Part shown: positions 1 through 9,489 of the stretch, piece by piece
Numbering within the stretch: position 1 is the first letter of the stretch
Layout: each line of letters opens with the position of its first letter
Origin: a virus
Virus record (IMG/VR): IMGVR_UViG_3300025570_000007
DNA length: 64,000 nt
Reading direction: 5' to 3' (one strand)
Translations under genes and position numbers: made by a program
Notes under the pieces: generated by a model
The model's database searches: none
What the model was told of the DNA's origin: nothing
Seen by the model: only the letters and a program-made list of their open reading frames with translations

Positions 1-1214
1 AAATAACCCGCATTATCTAATGCATTGGTAAAACTACTTCCAACTGACCCATTTATACCTATTTTAGAATGTACTGCACGATTATCCTGATAAAAATCTA
101 CTCTTGGATTATCATCCTCTGAACCTGCATTATCCGTATCGGATTCTATTATAATCACAGCATCACCAGTTGTTCCTGAAGAAATGTGTAATAATGATTC
201 AGGAATACTTATGCCTATACCTATCTTATTTCCGGATCCGGTCAGGGTTAAATCTCCATTTCCAATTATTACATCATTTTGAAGACCACCAACACCACCT
301 CCTAATAAAATATCTTTTGCAGTTGTATTATAGATGTACAAATCACCACTGTTTGAAGTAAGTGATCCACCGGAGGTGAGCTGAAAAGCCGATGATGCTT
401 GAATTGTGCCATTTACGTCTAAACTTGTACCAGGATCTAGTACCCCTATTCCTACATTACCTGCACCATCTATCCTCACTCTCTCACCTCTATCAGCTGC
501 ATTCTGAGTGTTAAAGGCTAAACCGTATTTATTACCTGCATTTTCTGCAACGACTCTAATAGAAGCCGCAACACCGACACCAAAATCACTAAGATCGTTA
601 GATTGGAATTCTATTTTATGAACATCTTCGGTATCATTAATTCCTACATCTCCGTTTTCTAGTATCAAGGTCGTTGGGGAATCCACACCTAATTCGTATA
701 GATGTAACCTTGACTCAGGATTTGTTGTTCCTATACCTACATTCCCCGTTGAATTTTCTATAATCATTCTCTGGTTGAGTGTATAAGGAGTGCTCGTCAG
801 TCTAGTAGAAAATATAAGGTTACTAAATGTGTCAGCAAATATTTTAGAACCAAGAACAGAGGCTCCAGTAAAAGTAATACCATTCGTTCTATCGACTCCT
901 ATTCCAAGCGTTCCTACATTTACATCATATGATGTCTTTGGGTCCGTTCCAGCAATAACTTTACCTGTTACAGTTAAGTCTCCTGTAAGCGTATCTGTTG
1001 TATCTAATAAATAATTACCTGCAGGTTGATAGGCTGTAGAAGTGAAAGCATTACTTCCTAATTCTCGTGTACCCACGACACTAGAATCATTAATCATAAG
1101 GGCAGTGGCTTCACTTGCTTGTGTAGAGAGTGTAGAAAGGGTTAAGGTTTTAGCTGTAAGTGAGTTTAGTGAAGCATCAGACCCACTCGTAATAAGTTTT
1201 TTCCAATTTGGCAT
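1..1214 (-). CDS. Tail fibre/adhesin-like virion protein, partial (runs off the left edge; not in the ORF track)
   Basis: Manual translation from ATG at 1214: MPNWKKLITSGSDASLNSL...; open to the window edge; GNVGIGT-type repeats typical of Bacteroidota phage fibres; N-terminus paralogous to 1520..2662. Confidence 0.8.
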   Translation of the reverse strand, partial: MPNWKKLITSGSDASLNSLTAKTLTLSTLSTQASEATALMINDSSVVGTRELGSNAFTSTAYQPAGNYLLDTTDTLTGDLTVTGKVIAGTDPKTSYDVNVGTLGIGVDRTNGITFTGASVLGSKIFADTFSNLIFSTRLTSTPYTLNQRMIIENSTGNVGIGTTNPESRLHLYELGVDSPTTLILENGDVGINDTEDVHKIEFQSNDLSDFGVGVAASIRVVAENAGNKYGLAFNTQNAADRGERVRIDGAGNVGIGVLDPGTSLDVNGTIQASSAFQLTSGGSLTSNSGDLYIYNTTAKDILLGGGVGGLQNDVIIGNGDLTLTGSGNKIGIGISIPESLLHISSGTTGDAVIIIESDTDNAGSEDDNPRVDFYQDNRAVHSKIGINGSVGSSFTNALDNAGY

Positions 1215-1231
1215 AGTATGTGTAATTACGG

Positions 1232-1271
1232 TTGGTTACAGGATTGCCTGTCCACTTCCCTTTCGGGCCAA
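1232..1271 (-). ncRNA. Candidate structured 5' leader RNA (three-way junction)
   Basis: Sense TTGG-CCC GAAA GGG-AAGTGG-ACAGG CAAT CCTGT-AA-CCAA; GC-rich island between the late promoter box and the ATG. Confidence 0.5.
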
Positions 1272-1282
1272 TAATATCTATA

Positions 1283-1289
1283 ATAAATA
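1283..1289 (-). promoter_or_regulatory. Putative late promoter TATTTAT
   Basis: Recurrent motif upstream of structural genes; 69 nt from ATG 1214. Confidence 0.6.
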
Positions 1290-1322
1290 TAAGAAAAAGA
1301 TCCTTCCGGACCTTTCTTTTTA

Positions 1323-1499
1323 TTATAAAGTTTCTATATGGTCTGTAACCTTCTTAACCACCTTGTAGAATAGTTCAAATTCATTTCCCGTATACGTAGC
1401 TGTCCTTAATTTAGCTATTATAAATTCAGATTCCTGCTTTGTTAAGTTCGATACCTCTCTAGGTTTTGCTTTCGCCTTATCTATTAATCCCATAAACAT
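1323..1499 (-). CDS. Small hypothetical protein (58 aa)
   Basis: Manual translation MFMGLIDKAKAKPREVSNLTKQESEFIIAKLRTATYTGNEFELFYKVVKKVTDHIETL; fills the gap in the operon. Confidence 0.65.
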   Translation of the reverse strand: MFMGLIDKAKAKPREVSNLTKQESEFIIAKLRTATYTGNEFELFYKVVKKVTDHIETL

Positions 1500-1519
1500 T
1501 TTTATAACTTTAATTACTT

Positions 1520-2662
1520 TTATACGTAGATGAATATATCTGCTCCCTCTACTCTTATGTTTCCTACGTGATCTGCTTGTGCTGTTGCTGCATTAGCTTC
1601 TGTACCTTCGTATACCCCTGCTATTGAGTAATCTGGTGTAGTATCTCCTGTAGCATTACCTGCTAGTGAGTTTACGATTCTTAAACGTCCATCGTTGGAA
1701 TTGAAACTTGCATCCCATACTAATGCTGCACCTGTGTTAGCTGTTCCGTTTGATCCGCCAAATACAAGTCCTGAATCTCCGACTACGGCTGATCCTGAAT
1801 TAAGTAGTACGTATTTATCTTCTACGTTTAAGTTATCAGCATTAACGGTAACTGTTGTTCCGTTAACAACTAAATCTCCTGTAATAGTTACATCGTTTTG
1901 GAATGTTCTACTACCTGCGATTGAATCTGCTAAACCTAATGTCCAAGAAGGACCGCCACCTAGTGCTTGTGAACTAACTCCTGCATCTAATGTTAATTCA
2001 TTGGCTGTAACTGCTACTGTTGCTGTAGTATCACCTTCTACGGCTGTGTTAGCAGCTGATCCGTAATTTACTGCTATAGTTGGAGATGAACCTTCTCCTG
2101 TATTTGATCCAATTGTTACACCTGTACCTGCACCTAGGTTATCTACGTAGTCTCCTGTTGTATCAGTTCCTAAAGCAACTGAGTTAGCCTGTATTGTTGC
2201 AACACCGGAACCGTTAATAAGTACGTCTCCACTTATTCCTGACCAGTTTGAGGTATTAAAGTAAGTAGCTAATGATCCAGAATCTACTGAAAATGTTCTA
2301 GCTGTTGCTCCTGTATACGTACCTGTAGATGTTAACCCACCTCCTGCTGTTAGTGCAGCTAAGTTTGAACCTAATGCTACACCTGATATTGTTGAGTTTG
2401 CTAGTGATGCGTTAGGAATAGCGATTAGATCGAATGTAACCGTATCTGGTGCTGATGTTCCTGTTAATCTAAGCCCTTGTCCTGAGCCGGATGCAAATGT
2501 CAGAGAATCCTCTAGACCGGCTGTAAGAATCGTTCCGTTTATAGAAGCTGATGCGTAGCTGTTTGTTGATCCTGAAATCTCTCCTGATGTTACGTATCCT
2601 GCATCGTTAATTAGTTGTGTTATATTCGAGCCCGATACAACGAGTTTTTTCCATTCTGCCAT
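1520..2662 (-). CDS. Virion fibre/structural protein
   Basis: G/S/T-rich; ITGDLVVNGTT...LNVEDKYVLLN motif seen in phage fibres; MAEWKKLVVSGS N-terminus. Confidence 0.7.
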   Translation of the reverse strand: MAEWKKLVVSGSNITQLINDAGYVTSGEISGSTNSYASASINGTILTAGLEDSLTFASGSGQGLRLTGTSAPDTVTFDLIAIPNASLANSTISGVALGSNLAALTAGGGLTSTGTYTGATARTFSVDSGSLATYFNTSNWSGISGDVLINGSGVATIQANSVALGTDTTGDYVDNLGAGTGVTIGSNTGEGSSPTIAVNYGSAANTAVEGDTTATVAVTANELTLDAGVSSQALGGGPSWTLGLADSIAGSRTFQNDVTITGDLVVNGTTVTVNADNLNVEDKYVLLNSGSAVVGDSGLVFGGSNGTANTGAALVWDASFNSNDGRLRIVNSLAGNATGDTTPDYSIAGVYEGTEANAATAQADHVGNIRVEGADIFIYV

Positions 2663-2690
2663 TTTATAGTGGTGTTATTATGTGTTTTTA

Positions 2691-2697
2691 ATAAATA
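2691..2697 (-). promoter_or_regulatory. Putative late promoter TATTTAT
   Basis: 29 nt upstream of ATG 2662. Confidence 0.6.
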
Positions 2698-2701
2698 TCT
2701 A

Positions 2702-3118
2702 CTAAGTACTGAAACCAAAGTAAAAATCGTCAGAGTCATTGTAGTAGATTCCCCCCGGCACTGGTGATGGTGCTACTGATTGGGATACTAGTTGAAGTGT
2801 TCCTTCGTTATTTACTTTTACTTTATCTTCTCCTGCTACAGAGACTACAAACTCTTCTGCAGTATTGTCTAAGTCTATATACAGGGAACCTGTTATCTGT
2901 AAGTCTCTTGTTGTGTTCCAATAAGAGCCTGTTTGTCTAAATATTGAACTAGAATTTTCAATAAGATCTAGTATATTATCTCCATTAATGTATAGTGAGC
3001 CTGATGTGTTTAGAGAGCCTGTAATATTAAGAGCACCTTCTACACTTAGGGTACCTGTTAAGTACTTTCCTGCTCCAGGTAACCCTTCTTTTATTTGATC
3101 CCAAAATATCTTGGCCAT
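2702..3118 (-). CDS. Virion structural protein (TGS-repeat type)
   Basis: ITGSL repeats; lies in the neck/fibre operon. Confidence 0.6.
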   Translation of the reverse strand: MAKIFWDQIKEGLPGAGKYLTGTLSVEGALNITGSLNTSGSLYINGDNILDLIENSSSIFRQTGSYWNTTRDLQITGSLYIDLDNTAEEFVVSVAGEDKVKVNNEGTLQLVSQSVAPSPVPGGIYYNDSDDFYFGFST

Positions 3119-4383
3119 TACAGTACATTTAATTTACCTACTATCGTAAACTCCATTCCTACTTCTAGTGCAAAGTTTAGATTATTATTAAAAGTTATTA
3201 CGACATTTAGCCCTACTTCTGCAATTGAGGTAATAGCGGAAGGTTCTACATTCTGTCCATTTATAAATACTTGGAAATCTTCTTTTGTTAAAGCAGGAAA
3301 GTTCTCAGGCACTGTTGCTATTGAAAGATCTAAGAATGTTATTGTCTTAGCAGGAATATCTAAACTAAATCCGTTATTGGTTGTATCTATCATAGTGTTT
3401 AGACTGATGAAGGTTATTTCCTCAGGAGTTAATCCACTACTTGTATATGTTGGATAAATCACTGTTGTTGATGATGTCTCATCAAAGAATCTTGACGGTG
3501 CTTCGCTTATTGGTGTTTGTGCTGAAGCATTTAGTATTTCTTCCGAACCGGCTGTCTCTATTCCAAACTTTATTGCTGCTTTTGAATAGAATTTATTCAT
3601 ATTTGCAATAGAAGTGTTAATAGTATCGGATACTATATGTCCTAGCATATTAATCTCAAAGCTTGTTCTAACAGTCCTATCCTGTCCTTGAACTACCTCT
3701 GTAGTAGTCGTATATGAGTCAATCATTGCCCTAAAGTTAAATCTTTCAGGATCTCCCCAATACGCATCGGAAGCAAAATTAATACCTTCTATAATCTTAT
3801 TCATTTGCTCAATGTACTCTGTAAAGATTATACAAGAATACTTTAAGTTTACGTAGTCTGGTATAATTACTCCGTAAAGTTCTTCTACCGGGTCTCTATT
3901 AGTTAGTGTGCTAAATCGGTCATATACGTTTTTCTTTGAGTATCTTTTTTGGAAGATTGAGAAGTTATTAGGAGCATTTGCATCTAATTTATTTCCTAAC
4001 TCCCTATTCTTTGTTAGAGATTCCCTCTTAAACATAATTAAAGGGGTCTGTATTTTACCGTTCTTATCTCTATAGAATCCGTCTTTCTGTACAGCTGCCC
4101 ACCTTTCTGGTGATCCGTATAATATCGGTACTACTAATCTGCTTCCGTTCTGTATTACCGATGGTTTTATTACGTTGTTAAAGTAGTATATAATTGTTTC
4201 ATCTATATCTCGAAGTCCTATACTAAACTGCTTTACGTCATCGTCCTTAACTGAACGTTCGTATGCTCTGTTTTTCTTTAGGTCATCCGGAGTAGGTGAC
4301 TTTTGAGCACTGTTGTAGGTCTCAATAGATTCCTGAGATAATTGGGATTGTCTTTTAGGTATTACTTTTTTTTGTTTAGCCAT
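3118..4383 (-). CDS. gp15: Tail terminator/completion protein, T4 gp15-like, with C-terminal extension
   Basis: VPILYGSPERW, PLIMFKR, PDYVNLKY...EQMNKIIE motifs; follows the gp13/gp14-like genes. Confidence 0.7.
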   Translation of the reverse strand: MAKQKKVIPKRQSQLSQESIETYNSAQKSPTPDDLKKNRAYERSVKDDDVKQFSIGLRDIDETIIYYFNNVIKPSVIQNGSRLVVPILYGSPERWAAVQKDGFYRDKNGKIQTPLIMFKRESLTKNRELGNKLDANAPNNFSIFQKRYSKKNVYDRFSTLTNRDPVEELYGVIIPDYVNLKYSCIIFTEYIEQMNKIIEGINFASDAYWGDPERFNFRAMIDSYTTTTEVVQGQDRTVRTSFEINMLGHIVSDTINTSIANMNKFYSKAAIKFGIETAGSEEILNASAQTPISEAPSRFFDETSSTTVIYPTYTSSGLTPEEITFISLNTMIDTTNNGFSLDIPAKTITFLDLSIATVPENFPALTKEDFQVFINGQNVEPSAITSIAEVGLNVVITFNNNLNFALEVGMEFTIVGKLNVL

Positions 4384-4386
4384 TAT

Positions 4387-4872
4387 TTACCTTACCTCTT
4401 TTACTCCTATTCTGTCTGATCTTGTTAAATGGCAGTCTACTATTATAGATACTGAAGTTCCGAACTGGTCTCCGTACGATGTCAGGTTATATCCACTGTC
4501 TCTACCTACAAATAACTGGTTCTCTCGTACTGTATCTACTTCGTAGTAATCTTCTTGCCACATCACTATATCTCCTACCTCAGCTACAGTATTTGCATCT
4601 ACTAAATCATTTCTTAAGAATGCAAATGAACACTCTCTTCCTAAATCTGGTCCAAAGTCATCTACTGCTATAATTTGATCTCCTCTTGTTACTAAGCAGT
4701 TCAGCTTAACCGGGTCCAGGTATACTTTTTCTAGTGCTTCTCCGTACAGGTTTGCTTGAGTATCTTCTAGAGATATTTTATAGTAGCCGATTTCTTGCTC
4801 TACAACATCTGATAGTAACTCCCTGTTTATGTTAACAAGTAAGCAAAAGTCTCTATTGGATCCGAATAGCAT
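4387..4872 (-). CDS. gp14: Neck/head-completion protein, gp14-like
   Basis: NLYGEA, EVGDIVMW..DYYEV motifs; lies between gp13 and gp15. Confidence 0.6.
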   Translation of the reverse strand: MLFGSNRDFCLLVNINRELLSDVVEQEIGYYKISLEDTQANLYGEALEKVYLDPVKLNCLVTRGDQIIAVDDFGPDLGRECSFAFLRNDLVDANTVAEVGDIVMWQEDYYEVDTVRENQLFVGRDSGYNLTSYGDQFGTSVSIIVDCHLTRSDRIGVKEVR

Positions 4873-4875
4873 ATG

Positions 4876-5181
4876 TTATTTTTTCTTTTCAATTGTCTTC
4901 TGTGCAACTTCCAGTTTCTTTATTTCCGGTACTCTTTCTATTGAGGTATTCTTAAACGCTGCAAAAGCTTCTGGTGCTGATTTTGTTGTCAATATCTTTA
5001 CTTTCATGATAGCGTTGTTTGTATTACCGTCGTGGGATACCTGGCCTACTGTAAGTACTCCCGGGACTGCTCTTAACATTTCTCCGATATCCTGTACGGT
5101 TATATCTTCTGTGTGAGTAATTCGTACCATAGCTTGGTATATTGAGAATTGCGTCTCTGCTATTATGTCTACTAGTTTCAT
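4876..5181 (-). CDS. Hypothetical protein with MKLVDIIAE N-terminal tag
   Basis: ORF track; tightly coupled to its neighbours. Confidence 0.7.
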   Translation of the reverse strand: MKLVDIIAETQFSIYQAMVRITHTEDITVQDIGEMLRAVPGVLTVGQVSHDGNTNNAIMKVKILTTKSAPEAFAAFKNTSIERVPEIKKLEVAQKTIEKKK

Positions 5182-6323
5182 TATCCTATATAAATTACCA
5201 TCGGAACTCCTTGAAGGATTTTAGATGAGTTATCAGCCTCTTGAGCTTTTCTTTCTAATTGTGAGCTTCTAGAGGTTTGTTCTAACATCTCTCTTAAATT
5301 CTCTAATAAAGCAGCTTTCTCCAGTCTTGCGTCAGTAAGTAGATCTTGCTGGTTTAGTATAGTTTCCGAACCTGGGATAGGTACTGTTGTGTATTTTCCT
5401 CTAATATAGGCTAATAGCTCTTTTGTGAGAGCTAAGGTATAGTTTCTTATCCACTGTTTACCTACACTGTTTATTCCCGTATACACAGGATTATCGTAAG
5501 GAACTTCTCCGACATTTGACACTAGTCCTGCGCCGTCTAGTAATGTTGCTGCTCGTTTTTCATCTACCTTATAGTACTCAAAGGTATATATACCTCCTAC
5601 TTTAGGTTGTGGAAATATTCTTAATTGATTATTTACCAACTCGAAAGTGTATGTTGATTTTCTAATCTGATCATTAAACTCAATTGCTTGAATCTTTAGT
5701 ACATCAAAAGATGCTGGCATTAGCATAAAATTAACTCCTGGACTATATGATCCGAAATCAAATGCATCCATAAGTGATTGAATACCTGTCCCTGTTCCTG
5801 CATATGGATCAAAGTAACGTAGTATTGCAGGAGGTGCTTCATAGAATACTTTTCTCACTTCTATACTTCCTGTTATATTTTGGTCTATTGCCCATTGGTT
5901 CAGATCGTATTTTTGAATACTTTGAGTAACATTTAACTGACCTGTATACTTTGTTGCAAATCCACCAACATCTGCCTCTGTTCCGTAGTTTTTTGAAATC
6001 TGAATTACTCTATCTAAAGTGGGGTTAATTATCTTATTATTTATAGAGACTGAACTGTTTGTTCCTTCTAATGAAATATAATTCTCTCTAATCTTGTACT
6101 GAAATACTTCGTTTCCGTATGCTGAAACAGCTTCTTCAAAGGCAGTGTAAAAATTTATATCTTGTAACTCCACATCCATTAGAGGCCATCCTAGTCTATG
6201 AGCACAGAAACTTGCTACCTTATCAGCATCAGCTTGAAATTCTAGATCATTATCATAAAATCCAAACGGAGTCTGTCCGGGAGTGAATGCTGAAGTACCT
6301 GTCCAAGTTTTTATGTCTGCCAT
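5181..6323 (-). CDS. gp13: Neck protein, gp13-like head-tail adaptor
   Basis: RLGWPLMDVEL, WIRNYTLALTKELL..IRGKY..PIPG motifs and C-terminal PMVIYIG. Confidence 0.75.
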   Translation of the reverse strand: MADIKTWTGTSAFTPGQTPFGFYDNDLEFQADADKVASFCAHRLGWPLMDVELQDINFYTAFEEAVSAYGNEVFQYKIRENYISLEGTNSSVSINNKIINPTLDRVIQISKNYGTEADVGGFATKYTGQLNVTQSIQKYDLNQWAIDQNITGSIEVRKVFYEAPPAILRYFDPYAGTGTGIQSLMDAFDFGSYSPGVNFMLMPASFDVLKIQAIEFNDQIRKSTYTFELVNNQLRIFPQPKVGGIYTFEYYKVDEKRAATLLDGAGLVSNVGEVPYDNPVYTGINSVGKQWIRNYTLALTKELLAYIRGKYTTVPIPGSETILNQQDLLTDARLEKAALLENLREMLEQTSRSSQLERKAQEADNSSKILQGVPMVIYIG

Positions 6324-6341
6324 TTGTTTAGTTAATTTATT

Positions 6342-6348
6342 ATAAATA
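6342..6348 (-). promoter_or_regulatory. Putative late promoter TATTTAT
   Basis: 19 nt upstream of the neck operon. Confidence 0.6.
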
Positions 6349-6423
6349 TGAAGAATTTACTTAATAGGGCACTAAACTGCGGAGTGTACGTAAGCTTGTG
6401 GGTACCTTGACATTCTATATCTA

Positions 6424-6570
6424 TTATGCTGGCATTTGTTCATGTACAATTGCCCAATCTTCTGCTGTTAGTGCTCTATTCCATATTAAACATCTTCTCA
6501 TGGATCCTTTAAAGGTATACCCGCTCCCTGCACCTATACCATCCGAACATATTACAATTGGTTTTGACAT
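6424..6570 (-). pseudogene. Orphan C-terminal LamG fragment (48 aa), in frame behind the stop of 6577..8103
   Basis: MSKPIVICSDGIGAGSGYTFKGSMRRCLIWNRALTAEDWAIVHEQMPA; FxG...IWNRALT is the LamG C-terminal signature. Confidence 0.6.
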
Positions 6571-6576
6571 TTTGAT

Positions 6577-8103
6577 TTATGGATTAATATCTATTCCTGC
6601 TAATTCTGCCGTTGCTATGTCTGTTATTTCTCCTTGTGTTAATTCTTTGTTCCAAAACCTAACACAATCTAAATTTCCACTAAATGGTAATATTCCTGTT
6701 TCATTTCCATGTTGACCAAATACCACAGGGTCGTTTCCATCACGTAAACCTACATAAGTTCCATTTATAAATTCAGTTACATCTTGTTCTACACCATTAA
6801 AATATGTTTTCATCCCTCCTACTAATAAACTATCATCCACAGTGCAAATTAAATGTACCCATTGATTATCAGCTGGTGTTGCTATTGTTTGTGTATAAAT
6901 TCTATCTGTATTGTTGGTACTTTCCAGATACCATTGAATCTTTTCATCTACATAATAAACGTAAAATTCTCTCGTAAGATTTAGTTTACTTACTATCATT
7001 CCATTTTCCACTCGATTTGTTATGTAAATTAACATAGAAATGCTCCATGCATTTGAGCCAAAATTAAAACTTGCAGAATCTGGTATAACAACTTTTGCAG
7101 TTGTGCTATTAAAAACTCCTGTTTGTCCTACTAATCCACTTGCATAAGTTAAATCAGTTGCAGTTCCATTATTAGTTCCCACTGTATCAAGTGTGTTATT
7201 TTCAAACTTATATTCAGATATAATGTTTTGCAGTGGCAGTATATCAGCTATCAATCCAAAGTTTACCCTTGCAACACGAATATCTTCTGCAACATCTAAA
7301 CTTGATAAATCTCCTGCTTGTACAGTAAATCCTCTATTATCATTAATTTTACCACCTGTAATACTGTTACTATAGCCTACTCCAAGAAACATTCCAATTA
7401 AAGATTGTCCTCCAACAATTTCATTTCCTAGATTTCCGATAACTTCAATTCCATTTCTATAAAACTTTGGAACTCCTTCTATATATACAAGAGAAAAGAG
7501 AGTAAAGGTTGTGGTACTATCTCCTTTGGGAAAGCTATAAAAGTAATCTGATGCACTCCCATTTCTATCATAAAGAAACTTAAATCCTAAGATATAATTT
7601 GACCCACTAGGTCTAAAAGCTAATCCTATATTGCCTTGTCCTTTTATATCATCTCTTCTAATAAGTAGATTTATTCTTGTATTATTGGGATTTGTCTCAT
7701 TTCTAAAGCAATAATGAACTATAAAATCTTGAGATAGGTCTAGGTTAGGTTGCCCCAATCTGTATAATCCCATCGCTTGTGTAGTGTCCATTATATGAGT
7801 ATCTCCTATACCTACTCCATCTACTGCTGAAGGTTGTAGAGAAGGTGTGGGATTAGTTAAAACTACTTCTCCTTTCTGTTGCTCATACAACTTACTGTAT
7901 CTAACATCTCCCCCTTGAGCAAATGTAGTTATCTCATTTGCATCTACACTAATTCCATCCCATCCTATATCTACTGTAACATCATCCAAGACTCTTCTAA
8001 GTTCAGCGGGTGAAGGAACATCATTAAATTTATAAGTAGAGAATGAATATTTCTTATCAAAAGAGCTTGTTGTTCTCATAAACATTGCTTTTTTCTTACT
8101 CAT
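6577..8103 (-). CDS. LamG/concanavalin-A-like lectin domain virion protein
   Basis: YKFENNTLD..GTNNGT, QWVHLICT, FSGNLDCVRFWNKELT motifs. Confidence 0.75.
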   Translation of the reverse strand: MSKKKAMFMRTTSSFDKKYSFSTYKFNDVPSPAELRRVLDDVTVDIGWDGISVDANEITTFAQGGDVRYSKLYEQQKGEVVLTNPTPSLQPSAVDGVGIGDTHIMDTTQAMGLYRLGQPNLDLSQDFIVHYCFRNETNPNNTRINLLIRRDDIKGQGNIGLAFRPSGSNYILGFKFLYDRNGSASDYFYSFPKGDSTTTFTLFSLVYIEGVPKFYRNGIEVIGNLGNEIVGGQSLIGMFLGVGYSNSITGGKINDNRGFTVQAGDLSSLDVAEDIRVARVNFGLIADILPLQNIISEYKFENNTLDTVGTNNGTATDLTYASGLVGQTGVFNSTTAKVVIPDSASFNFGSNAWSISMLIYITNRVENGMIVSKLNLTREFYVYYVDEKIQWYLESTNNTDRIYTQTIATPADNQWVHLICTVDDSLLVGGMKTYFNGVEQDVTEFINGTYVGLRDGNDPVVFGQHGNETGILPFSGNLDCVRFWNKELTQGEITDIATAELAGIDINP

Positions 8104-8105
8104 GC

Positions 8106-9488
8106 TTAATCAGGTTGTGAGATTAAAACTTTGAAAAAAGGAGTAGTTGATATTTTTACATATTCCGCAACTACTGTGTTTATAGGACCTGGGGTGTATC
8201 CACCGTTAATATAGTCAACCCATCCTACTGGCCAAGTTGGTGTAAAACTACCTGTCATATATATTGTGATTAGCTTACTGCCTACTAAGGGTAAGTTGGT
8301 ATCCGTAAATGTACAATCTCCTGTTAGTTCATAGTAGAATGTTTCGTATGAATCCCAATCTATGTTTTTTGAACCTGAGACTGTGAGGTCTTCTTCAAGC
8401 CTGTATTCCAAGCCAGTTAAACCACTTCCGTCACCTCGGAAACTTCCACTAAAACTTCCACTTGCTTCAAATACCTTTAAACTACCGCTAATTGTTAAAT
8501 CTGCAGTAATCGCCCTATCTTCATCTACTTGTATAAATTCATGTTTATTTAAATTATTTACGCGTACGTGTATAGTTCCGTTACTCTTAGTGTTGAGTAC
8601 AAATGCAACAGGCATTGCCATTCCAGGAAAAACTGGTTCTATATTAGTGATTACACCGGGTATAGTTGAGCTAATGTAGAGTATGTCACCCTCTTCCCAA
8701 AGACCTCCCCAATCGCCGCTTCCACTGTAATCTGTCTTAACGCCTCTAACTTTACCAAAAGTTGTTACTTTCCCTACATCGCCACTATCTATTGCTTCGG
8801 TTGAAACACCTAAAAATCGTTTTGTATTTACTGTATCAGAACCATCCATTAGTGCAACTCTAATATTTCCACTTGCACCGTTCGTTCCTACTGCCATTAC
8901 AGCCATGCCGTCTCCTATGTTTACGCCGCTATCATTTACAACTTGATACTGCTGTTCTTGTCCTACCTGTAAAGTAGTCCCGTTTTGAATTAAGTCTAAT
9001 GTAAGTTCCTCCGGATTCCATTGTAAAGTTCCTTGTACTGTAGGTGTATTTTCGGGTGTAGTGTTGAATGTAATATAATCAATACTTGATATTCCATCGG
9101 TTATATCTACTGACCCTGACATTATAGTTGAGTTGTTTATCTCTAGTGTCCCGTTTATAAGTAGGTTACCGTTAAACGTGTCGGTTGTATTTAGTAAGTA
9201 CGATCCTGTAGCACTTGTTAAATTAGTTACTTCTGCTTGGATTGACCCTGTAAATATGTTTATTGAAGCTGAATGGATACTTAGATTGTCTACTTCTGCT
9301 TGGATTGACCCTGTAAATATGTTTATTGAAGCTGAATGGATACTTAGATTGTCTACTTCTGCTTGGATTGCGTCTAAAGAAGCTGATTGAGCAGCGGTTC
9401 CGTCGTTTCCCTTTATTCCTTTTTCTGATATCGAAATCTGCAGTACGGGCGTACTGTCGTCGATATTTATTAATATATTATCAGCCAT
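8106..9488 (-). CDS. Virion fibre/structural protein with internal 21-aa repeat
   Basis: SGSFSGSFRGDGSGLTG motif, G.V...G.VRG domain, coiled repeat. Confidence 0.7.
   Translation of the reverse strand: MADNILINIDDSTPVLQISISEKGIKGNDGTAAQSASLDAIQAEVDNLSIHSASINIFTGSIQAEVDNLSIHSASINIFTGSIQAEVTNLTSATGSYLLNTTDTFNGNLLINGTLEINNSTIMSGSVDITDGISSIDYITFNTTPENTPTVQGTLQWNPEELTLDLIQNGTTLQVGQEQQYQVVNDSGVNIGDGMAVMAVGTNGASGNIRVALMDGSDTVNTKRFLGVSTEAIDSGDVGKVTTFGKVRGVKTDYSGSGDWGGLWEEGDILYISSTIPGVITNIEPVFPGMAMPVAFVLNTKSNGTIHVRVNNLNKHEFIQVDEDRAITADLTISGSLKVFEASGSFSGSFRGDGSGLTGLEYRLEEDLTVSGSKNIDWDSYETFYYELTGDCTFTDTNLPLVGSKLITIYMTGSFTPTWPVGWVDYINGGYTPGPINTVVAEYVKISTTPFFKVLISQPD
9228..9370. repeat. Perfect 63-bp tandem repeat (about 2.3 copies)
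   Basis: Unit starts at 9228, 9291 and 9354; encodes IQAEVDNLSIHSASINIFTGS. Confidence 0.95.
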
Positions 9489-9489
9489 A

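Noticed and set aside
1291-1321. Terminator upstream of the first fibre gene
   Set aside because: The stem is short and mismatched, so support is insufficient.
9228-9370. CRISPR array
   Set aside because: The repeats are contiguous with no spacers and lie in frame within a CDS; no array was seen elsewhere.
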